A DNA stretch of 64,000 bases from an uncultured Pseudomonadota bacterium (GCA_963748685.1 CAVVKB010000006.1:876-64875); one strand, 5' to 3'; positions 27,729 to 39,463 are shown, counted from the first letter of the stretch. Notes: generated from the sequence alone by a model not told the origin. A program made the numbers and translations.

Positions 27729-28283
27729 GGCGTGGTCGCGACCGGCACCATCAGATGGGCATAGGGCGTACCCGCCCACATCACATAGGGCTGCGAGGTG
27801 TCGGGCTTCGCGCCGGCCGGATGACCCGCGAGGATTTCCTTGGATCCGACCACCATCAAATGCGGTCCGGTCTTGACCCACTCATTGCCGCTCGTCGGCT
27901 TGGTTGCGTACGGATCAGTGTTGCTGGCATCGGTCCCGCCCTCCAGCATGTACATCAGGCCGACCGAGCCGGCCGCGGGTGCTTTGTGGCCCACCCAGGC
28001 TTCGACCCATTTGCCCGCGTTCGCGTCAAAGCACATCGGGTCCGGCCCGGGCGTATCCGGCGCATCGGGCATGCAGGTCCACCCGTTCGTACCCTTGCGC
28101 ACCACCGTCATCATGCCCTTCGCATCGGCGGTGACGATCGACGCATTCTTCGAGATTGCCGCCGGAGCCGCCAACTTCGGCAGAGGCAATCGGATCGCCG
28201 GCCTTCTGCGCAACGCCGGCGCTTCCAGTGAGAACGCATACCACCGCTGCGCTCAGCAGCGATCGCTTGGTCAATTTGGTCAT
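27725..28283 (-). CDS. Conserved secreted hypothetical protein; one frameshift
   Basis: Signal peptide; RKGTNGWTCMPD, PMC.D, YMLEGG...SNTDPYA, GPHLM motifs. Confidence 0.65.
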
Positions 28284-28392
28284 GGAGCCCTCCTCCGCTT
28301 CAGGGAAGGACGCGTCCTTTATCACAGCGACAGGCGCAGCGCACATGAAAGCAGCCTTGATTTCAGGACCCGCACTTTGCCACGCCGCACCC

Positions 28393-28674
28393 ATGACCAT
28401 TGCCCGCATCTTCGAGCAGGAACGAAAGACGACTCAGTCGGGCAAGGCCAACGCCGGCCGCTGGCTGCTGGAATTCGAGCGCAAGCAGGCCCAGCGGCCC
28501 GACCCGCTGACCGGCTGGAACGGATCGGGCGACACCAATCCGCAGGTTCGCCTCACTTTCCCGACCAAGGACGCGGCGATCGCTTATTGCGCGAAGCATG
28601 GCCTCGATCATCACATCGTGCCCGCCGCCCCGATCCGGTTGAAGATTCAGGCTTACGCCGACAATTTTCGTTGA
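28393..28674 (+). CDS. ETC complex I subunit conserved-region protein (NDUFS4-like)
   Basis: ARIF, QSGKA, WLLEFE, DPLTGWNGSGDT..QVRLTF, YADNF. Confidence 0.85.
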   Translation: MTIARIFEQERKTTQSGKANAGRWLLEFERKQAQRPDPLTGWNGSGDTNPQVRLTFPTKDAAIAYCAKHGLDHHIVPAAPIRLKIQAYADNFR

Positions 28675-28726
28675 CGATTCAGCCCTAGCCAAGGCAACAT
28701 CTCCCGGCCGAGGTAGGGGGAAAGCT

Positions 28727-29834
28727 GCGTTTTGCCGATATCAGGCTGGTCATCGGCACCAGGCCTGAAGCTATCAAAATGGGTCCGGTTGCCCGATCGC
28801 TGAGCAGCCTGTGGTTTTGAACCGACGCTCATCTTCACGGGTCAGCACGCCAGTCTCGAACCCGGTGAATTCGGCCTGGATGGCTTCGCTCATGTCGGCC
28901 TTGCCTGTCCCGGCGAACGCGATCCCCATTCCCACGTCCGCCGTGTCAGCGCGTCCTTGCTACCGTCGCTTCGCCATCCACCCGACCTGCTCCTGGTGCA
29001 GGGCGACACGTCGAGCGCGCTCGGCGCGGCACTGGCCGGCTTCACCGCCGGCGTGCCGGTCGGCCATGTCGAGGCGGGATTGCGGACGCATGACCCGCTG
29101 CTGCCGTGGCCGGAAGAGGAGTATCGGACGGCAATCGACGCCCATGCCGATCTGTTGTTCGCACCGACCGAGCTCGCGGCGGCGAATTTGCGCGCCGAAC
29201 GCGTTCCGGGCCAGATTCACGTAACTGGCAACACCGGGATTGACGCCGTCCTGGATGCCGCCGCCGCGCTTCCGCCGCCCCAACTCCGCGACGGCGACGT
29301 GACGAGGCTGCTGGTAACCTGTCACCGCCGCGAAAGCTGGGAAGATGGCCTCGCCAATATCGCCGCCGCGCTCCGCGACCTGTCGCAGGAAGGGAGTGTC
29401 GCGATCGATGTCCTTCTTCATCCCAACGCCTTCGTCGCGAGCCGGATAAAGGGCCAGCTCGCTGGCGTGGCGCGGGTAAGGCTGCTTGCCCCTGCGGGCA
29501 TCGCGAAATGCTGAAGCGGGTGCGCGATTCGGATATCCTGCTCAGCGACTCCGGCGGGATTCAGGAGGAAGCGCCCGCGCTTGGCATTCCCTTGCTGATC
29601 CTGCGCGACAAGACCGAGCGGCCCGAAGGCCTCGCCGGCGGCACTTCGCGACTGGTCGGGACTGACCGGCGGTCGATCGTGATGGCCGCGCGGCGGCTGC
29701 TTTCCAATCCGGTGGAGCGCGCAGCGATGAGCCGCCCGGTCTTTCCTTTCGGCGATGGCCGGGCGGGCCCCCGCATCGCGGCAATCCTCGCCCAGTGGCT
29801 CGAAGAAAGATCGCTGACGCGTCGACTGGCTTGA
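28727..29834 (+). CDS. wecB: Non-hydrolysing UDP-N-acetylglucosamine 2-epimerase; frameshifted, start approximate
   Basis: GTRPEAIKM, TGQH, VQGDTSS, HVEAGLRT, WPEE, TGNTGID, TCHRRES, SDSGGIQEEAP, TERPE, FGDG. Confidence 0.9.
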
Positions 29835-29851
29835 GCTATGACCGCCAGCTG

Positions 29852-30620
29852 ATGGATCAACCCGCGATCAAGGAAAACCCCGCTGAGGTTGAGCCGCTAG
29901 CCCCGCCGGCTCGTCGAATAGCGTATCGCCACCGTCTACCGACCCGGCTGTGGCATTGGCTCAATGCCCTCACCGTGTTCGTGATGCTGATGTCCGGGAT
30001 GATGATCTTCAACGCCCATCCCCATCTTTATTGGGGACAGTTCGGCGCCAATTTCGACCATCCCTGGCTGACCTTCGGCAAGCGCCCGTTTCCCGGTTGG
30101 GCGACGATCCCCTCGACCTACAATCTCGCCGCCGCTCGCCGCTGGCATTTGGCGTTTGCCTGGCTGCTGGTCGTCCCGCTGATCCTGTTCCTCCTAGTTA
30201 GCCTGCTCAATCGGCACGCCCAGCGCGACCTTGCGCCAACCTCCGAGGAGGTGAAGCCAAGCCATGTCTGGGACGACATCAAGGCCCATGCGCGGCTGGA
30301 TTTCGCGACCGGCGAGGCGGCGCTTCGCTATAATATTCTGCAAAAGATCAGCTACGTCGCGGTGATCTTCGTGCTGCTGCCTTTGATGGTACTGACTGGA
30401 CTGGCGATGTCGCCCGCGATGGACGCGGCATGGCCGTGGCTGCTCGATCTGTTCCAGGGCCGGCAGTCGGCGAGATCGATCCACTTCATCTGCGCGGCCG
30501 CCGTGTTGCTTTTCATCCTGGTCCACCTGGTCATGGTGGTGCTGGCCGGGCCGATCAACGAGGTGCGGCTCCATGATCACCGGACGTTTCCGCATCCCGC
30601 CCGACCGAGGCCAGCGATGA
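29852..30620 (+). CDS. Cytochrome b/b6-domain membrane protein, partner of the molybdoenzyme
   Basis: RLWHWLNA, IFNAHP.LYWG, ARRWHLAFAW, YNILQKISY, ARSIHF, SMITG. Stop overlaps the next ATG (ATGA 30617-30620). Confidence 0.85.
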
Positions 30621-31362
30621 TCGATCGCCGCCGCTTCATCGCCACCGGCGCGTCGGGCTTGCTGCTCGGCGGCTGCGACCGGCTCAACAACAGCCCGGAG
30701 TTCCGCGGCGTGCTGCGCTCGGCGGAGAAACTGACCATGGCCAGCCAGCGGCTGGTCTCGCCGCGCGATGCGCTCGCCCGCGAATATTCAGCGGCCGATA
30801 TGTCCCCTATCTTCCGCTCCAACGGCACGGCAATGCCGAGCACGCCCGATTATGCTCAGCATCTCGCCGAGCAGTTTGCGAACTGGCGGCTGGCGGTCGA
30901 CGGCCTCGTTGCCCGGCCGCTGTCGATTCCAATCCAGACGTTGCGCTCCCTGCCCCACCGGACGCAGATCACCCGGCACGATTGCGTCGAGGGGTGGAGC
31001 GCGATCGGCAAATGGCACGGCGTCCAGCTGTCGCGGATCCTCGACCACGCGGGGCTTAGCACCCGGCGAAGTACATCGTCTTCCACTGCGCCGACCGCTT
31101 CGGCGACAAGCCCTATTACGAAAGCGTCGACCTGGTTGATGCGTTCCACCCGCAGACGATCCTCGCCTGGGGCATGAACGGGCATCTTCTGCCGGTTCCC
31201 AACGGAGCGCCGCTGCGGCTGCGGGTCGAGCGGCAGCTTGGCTACAAGCAGGCCAAGTACGTGCAGCGGATCGAGGCGGTGGACAGCCTGGAGCGGATCT
31301 TCGGCGGCAAAGGCGGCTATTGGGAGGATAATGTCGATTATGAATGGTATGCGGGGATTTGA
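30617..31362 (+). CDS. Molybdopterin-dependent oxidoreductase (sulfite oxidase/MsrP-like), Tat lipoprotein; one frameshift
   Basis: MIDRRRFI...LGGC, QITRHDCVEGWSAIGKW, HPQTILA, NGAPLRLRVERQLGYKQAKY, GGYWED..YEWYAGI. Confidence 0.88.
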
Positions 31363-31506
31363 GGACCGATTTGCCCTGCAGCCGGCTTGCATCAATTCCC
31401 GATTTAAAACGCCAAAATCGTCCTCACGCAAAGTTGATCAACAACTTCGCCTTCAATCTGAGCTATAGTCGAGGCCGCGAGCCTGGGGCTGATCGCGGAG
31501 GGGCCA

Positions 31507-33129
31507 TGATGACATCATGTGCAGGGACATTTGGTAATCTCAATCGCAACGCGATCTGCTCGAAACCGGGACCGGCGAGAAAGTTGAAATCGGTTCTCCG
31601 TTTGAGTGCCGTGGCAGCTGTCTCGCTCTTGATCGGATGTAGCTCCGCCGAGGGCAACTCGGCTGCCACCGTTAACGCGAAGCCTGACAGCCGCCAAGCA
31701 ACCCGGCAGCCCCAACAAGACGACGCCTTCGCTGGGCATCAACGTGGCGGGAATTCAGGGTGGGATCCGGCCGTTCATGAACCTCATCTACGGTTCGTCA
31801 TGGATGATGCAGGACGTAAGCAGCGGCGGTACCGCAGAGGTGCCGGCGGCTTCCTTGGATGAGAACGGCTGGGTCAAGTCCGTGCCCGCGGGCGTCCGGG
31901 TCATCCGCAGCCTTCCGGCGGTGCTCAATGCCGGAAAATTCGTCTGTCGATATCAGGGGAATGGCGTACTGCAGGTTTCCGGGGCAGCGGTATCCAACGT
32001 TACGAGCTCGGCCGGTTCGACGCGCTTCTCGCTGGCAGGGACATACCCAAACCCGCAGACCGCCACGTTGAGCTACAGCGTCGATCCCACGAATTATATC
32101 CGGAACATCGATTGCCGCGAATCCAATGCCTCGACGAGCGAAGCGATGGCCCCGGAGTTCGTTGCTGCCCTCGCACCCTTCCGGACCATCCGTTTCATGA
32201 AGTGGCAAACCGCGACGGAGGAGAATAGGCCGGTCTCCTGGGCAACACGTAACAAGCCGGGGGATGGAGACTATACCAGGAACGACGGAGTCCCGGTGGA
32301 AGTATTGGTTGGCGCCGCCAACCAGGCCGGCTCCGACATCTGGATAACAATCCCCTGGAATGCCGACGACGATTATGTGTCGAAGTTCGCAACCTATGTC
32401 CGCGACAACTTGTCGACTGGCCATCGCGTTTATGTCGAGGTCAGCAACGAGGTCTGGAACGGTTCCTATCCGGTCGTTGCCCAGGCCACCCGGGAAGCGC
32501 AGGCGGAAGGGCTGGCAAGCGCGACCGGAACCGGGTCCGGCGGGAACCTTGAGCGCTATGCGGAAAAAACGGAACAGGTGATGGCCATCTGGGCGAAGGT
32601 CTTCGTAGGTCAATCCACGAGGCTCGTCCGGGTTGCCTCATTCCAGCATGTGTCGCCTTATTTTTCGGACCTCCTGCTGAAGTACATGGATCTTTCGAAA
32701 TCGATCGATGCGCTCGCGACCGCGCCCTATTTCGGATACGAAGCGACGAGCGCGATGTCCGTCGATCAAATCATGGCGGCGCTTCCGAACCAGATCTCCA
32801 GCGCCATCGACTTCGGCCGCCAACAGAAGGCGATCGCTCAAAAATACGGCTTAAGGTACATTGCATACGAAGGCGGACAGAGCATCGTCCTGTCTGACGT
32901 TGCGCAGGAGCAGCAGGTGCAGCGGGACCCTCGAATGCACGACGCCTATGCGCAATTCCTGACGGGCTGGCAGGCCCAGGTTGGTGACACGCTGAACCTG
33001 TTCGCGCTGGATGGCCAAATCTCGCGATATGGCGGTTGGGGATTGAGCGAATATGTCGGCCAGCCTGTGTCGCAGGCTCCCAAACTCCGGGCCGTCAACG
33101 AATTCCTCGGGATCGCCAAGCCCAGATGA
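31507..33129 (+). CDS. Secreted lipoprotein with glycoside-hydrolase clan A-like motifs; one frameshift near 31740
   Basis: Lipobox LIGC; RFMKW, GVPVE, WITIP, YVEVSNEVWN (possible acid/base N-E), IAYEGGQ (possible nucleophile), YGGWGL. Confidence 0.6.
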
Positions 33130-33989
33130 CGATACCCGTCATGTTTCAAACGCGTGAGCGATGCGTATCCTGCGCTTCGCCGCAATCAATTGAACTGAGC
33201 TCGGGACGGTTCGGCGAGCAACCGGCGAGGGGCTATATCGAGTCTGATCCATGGGGCGAGGATCCCATGCCCCACTTGGAAAATGAAAAGTGGGCGCTCC
33301 AGCAGTGCGCGGACTGCGGGCAGAAACAGCATCGGTACATTCTTTCCTCCGAGTGGAATGAAATCCAATTCACGCGCTGGATGAGCCAGGATGCGATCAG
33401 GCAATTCGAAGCCGAGCACGCAACGGGCCAAAGTTCCGCTGCGGATCACGTCCAGCATGTGCTGCGCCTCAGGAGCCTTGGCGTTCGCCAAATCCTGGAT
33501 TTCGGATGCGGGTTCGGTCAGTTTTTGGAGATGTGCCGACTGTTCGGGATGGAAGCGATCGGCGTCGATCGATCGCATGCGCGCAGATCAGGCGCGAACG
33601 CGGCCATCTTTGCCGAGCTAGATGAGGTATCGGGGAGCTTCGATGCAATCACGATGTTCGAAGTTCTCGAACATTTAGACGATCCGCTGGCCACACTCAA
33701 AATGCTTGTCGGCCGACTGAAACCCGGCGGAATCATGATCGTCGAAGTTCCTGACACGACCGAAGTCACGGACATGGCGAGCCGCGAGCATTATTATAAA
33801 ATCCACCCGCTTGATCACATCAATGCGTTCACCCCGAAGTCGCTTGTGGCGCTGATGGGAAAAGCTGGGCTCGCTCCGATACGAAAGGGATCAGCTTTCG
33901 TCACGACGTCGTTGAAGCGGCTTGCGAAGGATATTGGCAAGGCCATGTTCAAACAGGAAACGACGCAGCGTTACTTTCAACTTCTTTAG
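33126..33989 (+). CDS. Class I SAM-dependent methyltransferase with N-terminal Cys pairs
   Basis: CVSC...CADC, ILDFGCGFG, FDAITMFEVLEHL, VEVP, HINAFT. Confidence 0.85.
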   Translation: MTIPVMFQTRERCVSCASPQSIELSSGRFGEQPARGYIESDPWGEDPMPHLENEKWALQQCADCGQKQHRYILSSEWNEIQFTRWMSQDAIRQFEAEHATGQSSAADHVQHVLRLRSLGVRQILDFGCGFGQFLEMCRLFGMEAIGVDRSHARRSGANAAIFAELDEVSGSFDAITMFEVLEHLDDPLATLKMLVGRLKPGGIMIVEVPDTTEVTDMASREHYYKIHPLDHINAFTPKSLVALMGKAGLAPIRKGSAFVTTSLKRLAKDIGKAMFKQETTQRYFQLL

Positions 33990-34990
33990 ATTTCCCTCCG
34001 AGCGCCCGAATAACAGCGCTGGCGACACCTGCAGCCGAGGATGCATCGGACATGGTCTTCAGGGCGAAAGTCCTGCCTTGGGCACCAAGTCGGTGAGCCA
34101 AGTCCGAGTTAGTCCGAAGCTTTCCGATGGCCTCGGCAACCGCGCCGACATCAGCAATCGGCACCGCAACGCCATTGAAATCGTCGATAAGATAATCGGC
34201 GAGAGGCTCGACATCGCTGAAGACCTGCGGCTTGCCGAGCAGCATTGCGGTGACCGCGCTGATATGCCCGGCCCCGCGCTCCGCATCGGTCACGAGCACC
34301 AAGTGCGCGAAGGAGCCCGCGACATAGTTCAGGCACTCCTCGCCTGGGCGATCGACCAGAACCGTGATTTTCTCATTGGGCTCGATCGGATACCGCTCCA
34401 CCATGTAGCCCGCAGTGATGAGCACTCCGTGCACACCGGCTTGCTCGACCGCCGAGCAGAAGGTCGCAAGATCTCGATTGTTGCGGCCGACCATGGTCAC
34501 ATAAGGCTGCGTGGGACGCTGCGCTTCGCTGGAGTTGAACTTCGGAAGATCATAGCCCCAACGAGAGAAAGTGAAGCGGTCGGCCGGAATGTCGTGCAGC
34601 CGTGCGAACAGCCTGGCTTCGGCCTGGGAATGCACATGGAAGATTGTCACTCGCCGCCAAATCCGGTTGAGCAACCGGTCAGCCGGCACGAACCCCGTCC
34701 GCACCAACTTCTGCGATGATTGATTGAATGAGAGCGCTGCCAGCCTGGGCCGAAGAGGTGTGAACAGAAGCCGCAGGCAAAGCGCCCAGGTCAGGAAATA
34801 CTCGCTAGCAGCGACCACGTCATAGTCGGAAAATCGGTGCGGGTCGCGGAGAATGCTTAGGATGCCGCGCGCCGGCGCACCGTCGCTGATGGCGACGCAG
34901 TCGACGCGCCAGCCGCGCTGCTCGAGCAGACCTTGGAAGGATGGGCGGGCAGCTGAATCCTCTCCTCGCGCGAAGTAGAGTAGCCTCGGC
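33949..34990 (-). CDS. Glycosyltransferase family 4-like; start approximate
   Basis: GRNNRD, AGHISAVTAMLLGKPQV, DDFNGVAVP..DVGAVAEAI. The open frame extends upstream of 34818 to about 34990. Confidence 0.75.
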
Positions 34991-35201
34991 TAATTCCTCA
35001 CTAAAAAATCATCCCGCACCTATTGAGTTTCAATCAACCTGAATGACAAGCAGGCCGTAGCAGCCGCTTTTACGTTCGTAATCCTTTCTGGGTATCTCAC
35101 GCATGAAAGCTTGTTCTAATCCGATAAGAATGCCGGTGGATCGAGCGACTATGCCGGCCGAGAGTGGCGTGGCGACAGTGACGGGGTTGAACTGATCAGT
35201 C

Positions 35202-36452
35202 ATGATGTCTCGCCGCACTCCGCCAAAGAATAGCGTCACAACGGCGGCTGGCGCCGGGGCGCGGCGACATCGCGAGCAGGGGCGAATCCGGGTCCAGGCC
35301 ATATTGTGGAATGCGTTGGGTCCGGGGTCGGTCGCGTACGCGCTTACCGAACTCCTCGATAACCTTCCGGAAGATGCGGTGGATCGCGCATTATGGTGCC
35401 TGGCAACAGATCCGAACGCACCACATCAATATGATAGAGCGGCAATTCCGAAATTCTTGTTTCGCGCTTTGTGCAAAGCGCGAATTCCGATCCAATTGCA
35501 GGCTCGCCTCGCGACCCACAGCGCGCTGCGGTCGATCAAGGCAGGCGATATTGTCTACGCATGGCCGGTCTATGATCTGGAGCTGATCAAAGGCGCGCGG
35601 GAGCGGGGCGCGACTGTAGTCGCCGAACGAACAAACTGCATGGATTCCACCGGCAGGGCTTTGCTGTCCAAAGCCTATGCACGACGCGGCTTACCGCTTC
35701 CCGACGGGTGGTTCACCCCGGAGTCGATCGAGAAGGAACGGGACCAGATGCTTGCCTGCGATTTCGTGACGGCGGCGAACGACCTCGTCGAACGCAGCCT
35801 CGAGGATGTCGGCGTGCCGCGCGAAAAAATCGTTCAAACCTCATACGGATTCAATCCAGCGCGGCTTGCTGGCGCGATTGGCATCGACCGTCCCGACCGC
35901 CCCGCAGTCTTCGCGTTCGTTGGATCAGGAATAGTGAGGAAGGGCCTCGATGTTCTGCTGGAGGCCTGGGAACGCGCCGATGTCCGGGGCAGCCTGCTCA
36001 TCGCCGGCCACATCGACGACGATATCCGTCAGTCATATGACAGGATATTGTCCCGCCCGGAGGTAAAGGAGCTCGGGTTCGTCAAGGATATCGCTTCAGT
36101 CTACGCGGCCGCGGACGTATTTGTCTTTCCGACCCACGAGGAGGGCGGGCCGCAGGTTATCTACGAAGCCTGCGGTTGTGGATTGGCCTCGATCGTCAGT
36201 CCCATGGGCGCTGGACGGATAGCTCGGCATGAGATCGAGTGCTTGGTGATCGACCCGTTGGATGTCGATGACCTGGCGGCTGCGCTGACCAGGCTGGCGG
36301 ACGATGAAGCACTGCGGAAATCCCTTGCCACGGCCGCCCTCGATCGATCGAAACAATTCACGTGGGCGAAGACAGGCATGCGATTGTACGAACAGTTTTC
36401 GGCGATCGCCAAGCGTGGGGGCCCCATCGACAAACCCTTCGAAGCGCTTTGA
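35202..36452 (+). CDS. Glycosyltransferase family 4
   Basis: FVGSGIVRKGLDVLLEAW, ADVFVFPTHEEGGPQVIYEA (EX7E). Confidence 0.88.
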   Translation: MMSRRTPPKNSVTTAAGAGARRHREQGRIRVQAILWNALGPGSVAYALTELLDNLPEDAVDRALWCLATDPNAPHQYDRAAIPKFLFRALCKARIPIQLQARLATHSALRSIKAGDIVYAWPVYDLELIKGARERGATVVAERTNCMDSTGRALLSKAYARRGLPLPDGWFTPESIEKERDQMLACDFVTAANDLVERSLEDVGVPREKIVQTSYGFNPARLAGAIGIDRPDRPAVFAFVGSGIVRKGLDVLLEAWERADVRGSLLIAGHIDDDIRQSYDRILSRPEVKELGFVKDIASVYAAADVFVFPTHEEGGPQVIYEACGCGLASIVSPMGAGRIARHEIECLVIDPLDVDDLAAALTRLADDEALRKSLATAALDRSKQFTWAKTGMRLYEQFSAIAKRGGPIDKPFEAL

Positions 36453-36531
36453 GAGCCCGCAGCGGCCCCTATGCCTGTCGACACAAGAGCCTGATATCGC
36501 CGGGCGGCTGTCATTCGGTTAGGCGTTACCA

Positions 36532-37879
36532 ATGGCATTGCTAGCGATGATCGGCGCAAGGAAGCGGCTGCGACTGACGGGAACCTCCGCGCTCGCGGCC
36601 AGCACGGTCGTCACCAATTTGTTGCGGATCGTCAGCACGATGTGCCTGACGCGACTGCTTTCGCCGGACGTCTACGGAATCACCGGCATGATCATGTCGG
36701 TATTCTACATGATCAACATGGTCACCGACATCGGCCTGCAGTCTTATGTCGTGCGACACTCCCGGAGCGACGACCCCGAATTCCTTAGCGCCGTTTTCAC
36801 AATTCATGCCGTCCGCGGGTTGATACTGACGACAATCGGCATCCTGCTGGCGTGGCCGCTCGCACTGCTCTTGGCAAAGCCTGAGCTCGCCCTTCCGCTG
36901 ATTGTGTCATCGTTCGTACTTGCCATCGACGGCCAAGTCACCCTGCATCAGTTCCGCGGTCTTCGCGACGGCCGAGTCCAGCGGTTCGCGTTGATCGACC
37001 TCCTCAGCGGCGTGGCTCAGACGCTTTCCGCGATCGCCCTCGCGTTCATTCTGAGGAACGTGTGGGCGATGATCGCGTCGATGTTCATCGCGAGCTTCGT
37101 CAAGGTGTGGATCGGCTATTTCCTCTTTCCGGGCTCGCGGCTTTCGTTCCGACGCGACCGGGAGGTGTCGGCCGATCTATGGCGTTTCTCGAGAAGTCAT
37201 CGCGGTATCGAGCGCCCTTACGCTGGTGATCGGGCAGGTCGACAAACTCGCCCTTGCCCGCATTCTGCCACTTAGCCAGTTCGGCATCTACGTGATCGCC
37301 GCCGCGCTAGCCGCGGCGCCGACGGTCTTCGCGTTCAATTATGCGACGGCGATCGTCTATCCCGCCGCCGCGGAAGCCTGGCGCAATCGCACCTCCATCA
37401 GCGACGCTTACTATCGCGCATGGGGCCGCTTCTTCTACCTCTATGTCTTTGGTGTCGGCGGGATTGTCGGTGCATCGGATCTGATCATCCGGTTGCTTTA
37501 CGATCCGCGCTACATTCCCGCTGCTCGATATTTGTCGGTCCTCGGCATCAGTTCCGCCCTCGTCATGCTCACGCGCTCAATTGAAGCCGTGCAGGTTGCG
37601 ACCGGGCGCCAACGTGCCGTCATCGAATTCAATCTGCTCAGGCTTGCCTGCCTCATGGGAGGCGGCCTCGTGGCGCTGCTTCGCGCGGATGCCATGATCC
37701 TCGTATTGACGATCGGCCTGCTCGAGGTGCCAGTCTATGGGCTCGGGCTCATCCGGATGGCGCAACTTCATCAAATCCGCTGGGCGCGCGAACTGTCCGT
37801 AGTGCTGATTGTTGGCACCGGATTCGCCTTGGGCAGAATCGCGAATTTCATCGGTGTCAGCTTGTTCCCCGGATTGTAG
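36532..37879 (+). CDS. wzx: Wzx oligosaccharide flippase; one frameshift near 37200
   Basis: Many TM helices, LTRLLSPDVYG, TDIGL, QVDKLALARIL...FGIY. Confidence 0.82.
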
Positions 37880-37889
37880 CGAAGATACG

Positions 37890-39290
37890 TCAGGCTGGAA
37901 CCGGGACATTCCGCCCTTCATCCTCCGGCACGGGCAAGTCGCTAGGAGCTTTACGCGCACTCCGCGCCTTGCTTGCGATCGCCCCGGCTAACAAGAATAC
38001 CAGGGATGACTGAGTTCCGTTGGGAATCGAGTCGAGGATATAGACGGTGAACAGGAGCACAAGGCCGCCACGCACCACATTCGCCCGCGAGACCTGCTTG
38101 TCCATCGAGCCGAGCGCTCGGAATGGCGCTATTGCAAGAAGTCCGAATAGCGAAAGGTAGCCGACCCAACCGAAACAGCCGAACTGGATGATCCAGCCGC
38201 CGTCGGTTACCGAAATGTCCTGGCCGGTCCATTTATCGAAGATTCGGTTGCGGCCCCAACCGCCCCAGCCCAGCAGCGGCTTCTCACTGGCCTTTGCCAA
38301 CAGCTCATTCTCGTTCGCCAGGCGGATTTGGAGCGACCGGTTCCTGTCGGCACTGACAAAACTCGCCAGGCTCGACACAGTTTCTATCGGACTTAGATTG
38401 TGGGTGCGCAGGAAAGGATAAGCACAGACCATTAGCGATGCCGCGCAGGCGATCTTCACCCACGTCCGGGGCCGCGTAAGCAAGATCAGCGGCGACAGCA
38501 GCACAGCATAGATCACCGGTCCAAGCGTCTTGCACAGCAACAGGAGGCCGCCGAGATAGGCCACGACGAGCCCGGGCTTCTGCCCCAAAACCCGGGTCCG
38601 TGTTCGCAGCAGGACCACGGCTGCCAACAGTGCGAGCGAAGTGAACAACGCGAGTACCAGGCCGTGGGGAAAGAACACGACCGGCCGAAAGCCGCCATTC
38701 CGGATTTGTTGAGCGAAACTATCTTGGGGAAAGTAACCGTAGACCCAGCGATGGAGCTGTGGGCTCATCCGAACCTCGAACAGCATCGGCAGGCTGTAGA
38801 AGAGCGTCGCGGTTGGCAGTGCGCGAAGAAGCGCGGAACGAGCCCCATCCGTCGAAAGAAAACGCGAACCGATGTACATCGGAATAAGCGACAGCAGATT
38901 GCGTCCCGCGAACTTCAATCCGGTGAGCGGGTAGAATCCCGGCACGCTCTTCCCCGCCGTCTGCAGTTCATAGCTGTTCGTGAAGCTGGTGAGGATTGGG
39001 GACAGGACGAAAGCCGCCGCGAAAACATAGAGGATGAACGATCGCCGCGGCCGCGGAGCCCGAGATCCGAAAATCCAGCAGAGGACCAGCGTCGCCATCG
39101 CCGTGATCCCCATCTTGTCGACCGGCGGCAATAGCTGCGCATCAAGCGTTAGCGCGGATGGCAAGAGCATGTATCCGCCAAGCAGCGACCAAATTATGGC
39201 ATTCGCCAGCGGCATCCGGTTGAACAGAACAATGCACACCAAGGGCCAGGCAAACAGGGCAACGTAGGCAAAGGTGTTGGGGATCGAAAT
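37890..39290 (-). CDS. Wzy/O-antigen ligase-like polytopic membrane protein; start approximate
   Basis: About 11-12 TM helices, FEVRMSPQLHRWVYGYF, GGFRPVVFF.HGL, periplasmic loop R..SL..R...E, KPLLGWGGWGR. Confidence 0.7.
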   Translation of the reverse strand: MSIPNTFAYVALFAWPLVCIVLFNRMPLANAIIWSLLGGYMLLPSALTLDAQLLPPVDKMGITAMATLVLCWIFGSRAPRPRRSFILYVFAAAFVLSPILTSFTNSYELQTAGKSVPGFYPLTGLKFAGRNLLSLIPMYIGSRFLSTDGARSALLRALPTATLFYSLPMLFEVRMSPQLHRWVYGYFPQDSFAQQIRNGGFRPVVFFPHGLVLALFTSLALLAAVVLLRTRTRVLGQKPGLVVAYLGGLLLLCKTLGPVIYAVLLSPLILLTRPRTWVKIACAASLMVCAYPFLRTHNLSPIETVSSLASFVSADRNRSLQIRLANENELLAKASEKPLLGWGGWGRNRIFDKWTGQDISVTDGGWIIQFGCFGWVGYLSLFGLLAIAPFRALGSMDKQVSRANVVRGGLVLLFTVYILDSIPNGTQSSLVFLLAGAIASKARSARKAPSDLPVPEDEGRNVPVPA

Positions 39291-39454
39291 AACTCCAGCC
39301 GTTGGACGCGCCGCTAGGCTCCGGTGCTAAACCGACGGGATGCATGCCTCAAGTTTTGTCTGCCGTCTGTGCATGGCTCGTTCCAATCTGGGGCGCGTCA
39401 TTGCTGCGCCAGCGCGGGCGACTTGATTTTGGGCGCGGGGGCGGCCGAGAAGGC

Positions 39455-39463
39455 TTATCCACA
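39455..39463 (+). promoter_or_regulatory. Perfect DnaA box (TTATCCACA) in the divergent wzy-like/GT25 intergenic region
   Basis: Exact 9-mer match. It is a single copy, so function is uncertain. Confidence 0.35.

Noticed and set aside
29795-31177. 460-aa ORF appearing to fuse cytochrome b with the molybdoenzyme
   Set aside because: An indel near 30570 shifts the frame. The cytochrome's natural end (SMITGRFRIP...stop) and an ATGA overlap with a Tat signal at 30617 show two ordinary genes.
31362-31507. Possible genomic-island boundary at the start of the lower-GC EPS region
   Set aside because: No tRNA, integrase or direct repeat is visible. Lower GC alone is common for polysaccharide loci.
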